A stretch of 64,000 nucleotides of DNA, taken from assembly GCF_052425735.1 (NCBI RefSeq), contig NC_135762.1, forward strand, positions 25,916,001 through 25,980,000. Reading direction: 5' to 3'. The position numbers and the translations under genes are program-made. The notes beneath the pieces are model-generated. The model had not been told where the DNA came from. It searched no databases and worked only from the letters and a program-made list of their open reading frames with translations. Shown piece by piece: positions 61,501 to 64,000 of the stretch. Source of the stretch: Oculina patagonica. Lineage: Eukaryota. Position 1 is the stretch's first letter. The number at the start of each line of letters is the position of its first letter.

Positions 61501-63410
61501 ACCTATTTATGGCCACACTACTTTTTAACAATTTTCATGACTAGTACAGTACGTTTTAGCAAGGCCAGGGCCCGGTTGTTCAAAGCACGATTAAGCTAAT
61601 CCAGGATTAGTGTGAAATTTGGTTTCAATTTTTTAACATTTCTTTGAGGCTTTCTGTTTATATTTTCTCGCCCCCAGTTTTGACGTGGACCAATCTCAAA
61701 CTTCACAAAACATTAGCTATGGAAAACCCTTCTTAACAAGAGAAATTAAAACCTCGATCATCTTTTAATCCTGGGTTTGCGTTAATCGCCTTTCGAACAA
61801 CCCGGCCCTGACCACTATTAGTGGATTTTTAATATATTACATTGAATTTCAAGTAGCACTAAATCTTGGTGACACTGTCCCTTAAATGCACAATGCAACA
61901 TCTACAATGTACTCAGTAAAACCGTTTCTAACTTTACAACTTTATTTATTTGCACCCTATACATTCAATTAAATTAACAATACAATAATAATAAAAAAAT
62001 AAAGTAAAGTGCATGGCTGCCCAGAATAACCACGATTGGCTAACAAGATTGGGCAGCCATACTTAGTTTTTATTACAATAATTATTAAAAGGTCAGGTAT
62101 ACTTAACATTTACATTTCAATTTGCCAAGATTTTACATAACAGTTATAAACAGACTATGTAATGAACTACTCAAGGGTAGCGACCACTTCATATTTAGTT
62201 ACGAGCCCAAAAGCTTCTTAAACGAAAAGCTATGTAGAACGACCTGTCTTCTTTCGCTATTCTAAGGTATACTAAATGCCTTACCTGATGACGTCATCTA
62301 TACCATTTGGCACGCCTACCCAGTAATCACTTATAAGCCGAGGGTAGCCTGGGTCCACACTCAGCGACGTGTCGTTAAACCGGTAATACGTTTTTCCCTT
62401 GAAGAAGTAAGTGAAGCCATTGGCGTATCGAAAGACGCCGTTTATAGAAGAAGGCACGCCTTTCCAATGGTCGCTTATTGGCCGAGGGTAGCCTGGGTCA
62501 ACGCCAGGGCGATTCTCGTTGTAGCGGTAGTAATTCGACCCCAGGAAAAAATAGACAAACCCATTTGACCAGCGAAAGACAGCGTCGATCTTACAAGGTC
62601 CTTGAAATTGGGAAGATAAATCATAAGTTAACAAGCTGTCGAAAAAAGCATTGGCTTAAATTGTGTTTAGTGCATTGGATTCTAAATGAAGTGGTCCGGA
62701 TTCGAGCTTGGCGCGCCGGGCTCCCTGTGTTGTGTCAGTGAGAAAGACACTACTCTACAACTACTTCAACTACCAGTACCACTGCTACTACCCCTAACTC
62801 TACCACTACCACCACCACAACCAATTTTCAGAAGGGTTAACCTAGGGGGGGGGGGGGGGGGGGGGGGCAAGAAGTACTTCAAGTTGCTTTACGCTGTAAA
62901 GAAACAGGAGCTATTCAACGCCCTAGCTAATTAATGCACCGCTACGCTTGAAACAATTCACCCTTTGCGCCTGATGGCAACAATAGTTTTTGTCCAGAAT
63001 AAGTTCAAAGTACCGTTACACCTTATCGTAGAAATATTTTAAAATATTCAATTAAAAGGAAGACAATATAGGTGTAACATTACTTACTGTAGATGTTTTT
63101 CATCAAGGTAGGTCTATAAGTCTTCACGTCTCGTTCCATTTTAGCTATCTGCCCTGGTGTAAATTCATACATACACTCATCTTCCATGACTATAAAAAAA
63201 TAAGAGAGAAAAGATGAATCTCATAAGGAGAACTCAATCAATGACCGACCGAACGACCGACTGGCAGACCGACCGACCCCAATCAATCAAGCAATCAATC
63301 AATCAATCAATAAAACAACCAATTAATCAGTCTGTCTGCCAGATGGTCAATCAATCAGTCCATCCGACCGTCAGTCAATCAGTCCATTCAGCCAGCCAGC
63401 CAGCCAGCCA

Positions 63411-63443
<33 letters not shown>

Positions 63444-63778
63444 CCGGTCGTCGCGCGCGCGCGCGCGCCCCCCGACCTTCATTCAGTCAGTCAGTCAGTC
63501 AGTCAGTCAATAACAAAGCGCTAAGGAGCATTAAGAAGCGCTGGTGTAAAACCAACTTGTGTTGCCCTTTAAAATAATTGTTATGAAAAATAAGCCTACA
63601 TGTTTCAAAATCTACGCGACTGCAAAACAAGTTACTTACAGCCCATGTAATTGTGAATTGGGTCCAGTCCACTTTGAGATTTACAGGTGTCGACCGGTTG
63701 GTCAGTACAGACATACGTGTAGTCATCACATCGTGGGGTGTCCGCGACTACATCATCATCTTCGTCCTTACAACGACC
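58594..63778 (-). CDS. Peptidase M43 (pappalysin/ulilysin-type) metalloprotease with eight C-terminal hemopexin repeats; 5' end beyond the window
   Basis: Exons 63778-63640, 63189-63088, 62600-62285, 61044-60748, 59747-59463, 58867-58594, all GT-AG and in frame. Translation GRC...DVVADTP...DTCKSQSGLDPIHNYMGFMEDECMYEFTPGQIAKM, then eight repeats of the form DAVFR..NG.TYFFKG..YYRFN.....VDPGYPR.I...WKGVP. Confidence 0.88.
60030..60361. repeat. (CCTA)n microsatellite followed by an assembly gap (60362-60631)
   Basis: Direct reading. Confidence 0.95.
61566..61810. mobile_element. MITE
   Basis: CAGGGCCCGGTTGTTCAAA ... TTCGAACAACCCGGCCCTG; relatives at ~21357-21617 and ~33769-34752. Confidence 0.7.
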
Positions 63779-63869
63779 CTGTCACACAGACATTTTTACA
63801 ATTACTGTCTGTTGTTTTTATTGGATAAATATGTGCATGTTTCATTTGTAATAACAGGGATATAAGTGG

Positions 63870-63882
63870 GATACAGACATGC

Positions 63883-63918
<36 letters not shown>

Positions 63919-64000
63919 GGGGAGACAGGCAGACAGACAAACAGACAGCCAACAGACAGACAGACGAAAAGACAGACAGACAGACAGGACAGACAAACAG
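63870..64000. repeat. (GACA)n microsatellite
   Basis: Direct reading. Confidence 0.95.

Noticed and set aside
58594-62634. Classical matrix metalloproteinase call
   Set aside because: The upstream exons encode an M43-type Met-turn region, not M10, and there are eight rather than four hemopexin repeats.

Overview
Eukaryotic, intron-rich animal DNA; the repeat families suggest a stony coral or another anthozoan, but that is an inference. Left to right: (1) three tandem minus-strand paralogues, each signal peptide-CUB-CUB-hydrophobic GPI-like tail with 6 coding exons (1.4-30.6 kb), of which the middle copy looks like an unequal-crossover chimera; (2) a hAT deletion derivative and many MITEs/SINEs; (3) a complete 15-exon RUVBL1/pontin gene on the plus strand (36375-57547, 455 aa); (4) inside RUVBL1 intron 12, a young 8.7-kb antisense LTR retroelement (1261-bp near-identical LTRs, TTTG TSD, tRNA-Ala-like PBS, PPT) with an intact gag but no recognisable RT, RNase H or integrase, where a G_GGA_AAC slippery site plus a 9-bp hairpin would fuse Gag by -1 frameshift to an open ~640-codon low-complexity ORF; (5) the 3' part of a minus-strand gene joining an M43 (pappalysin/ulilysin-type) metalloprotease domain to eight hemopexin repeats, running off the right edge. 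All exon structures were read by eye from GT-AG boundaries and frame continuity.
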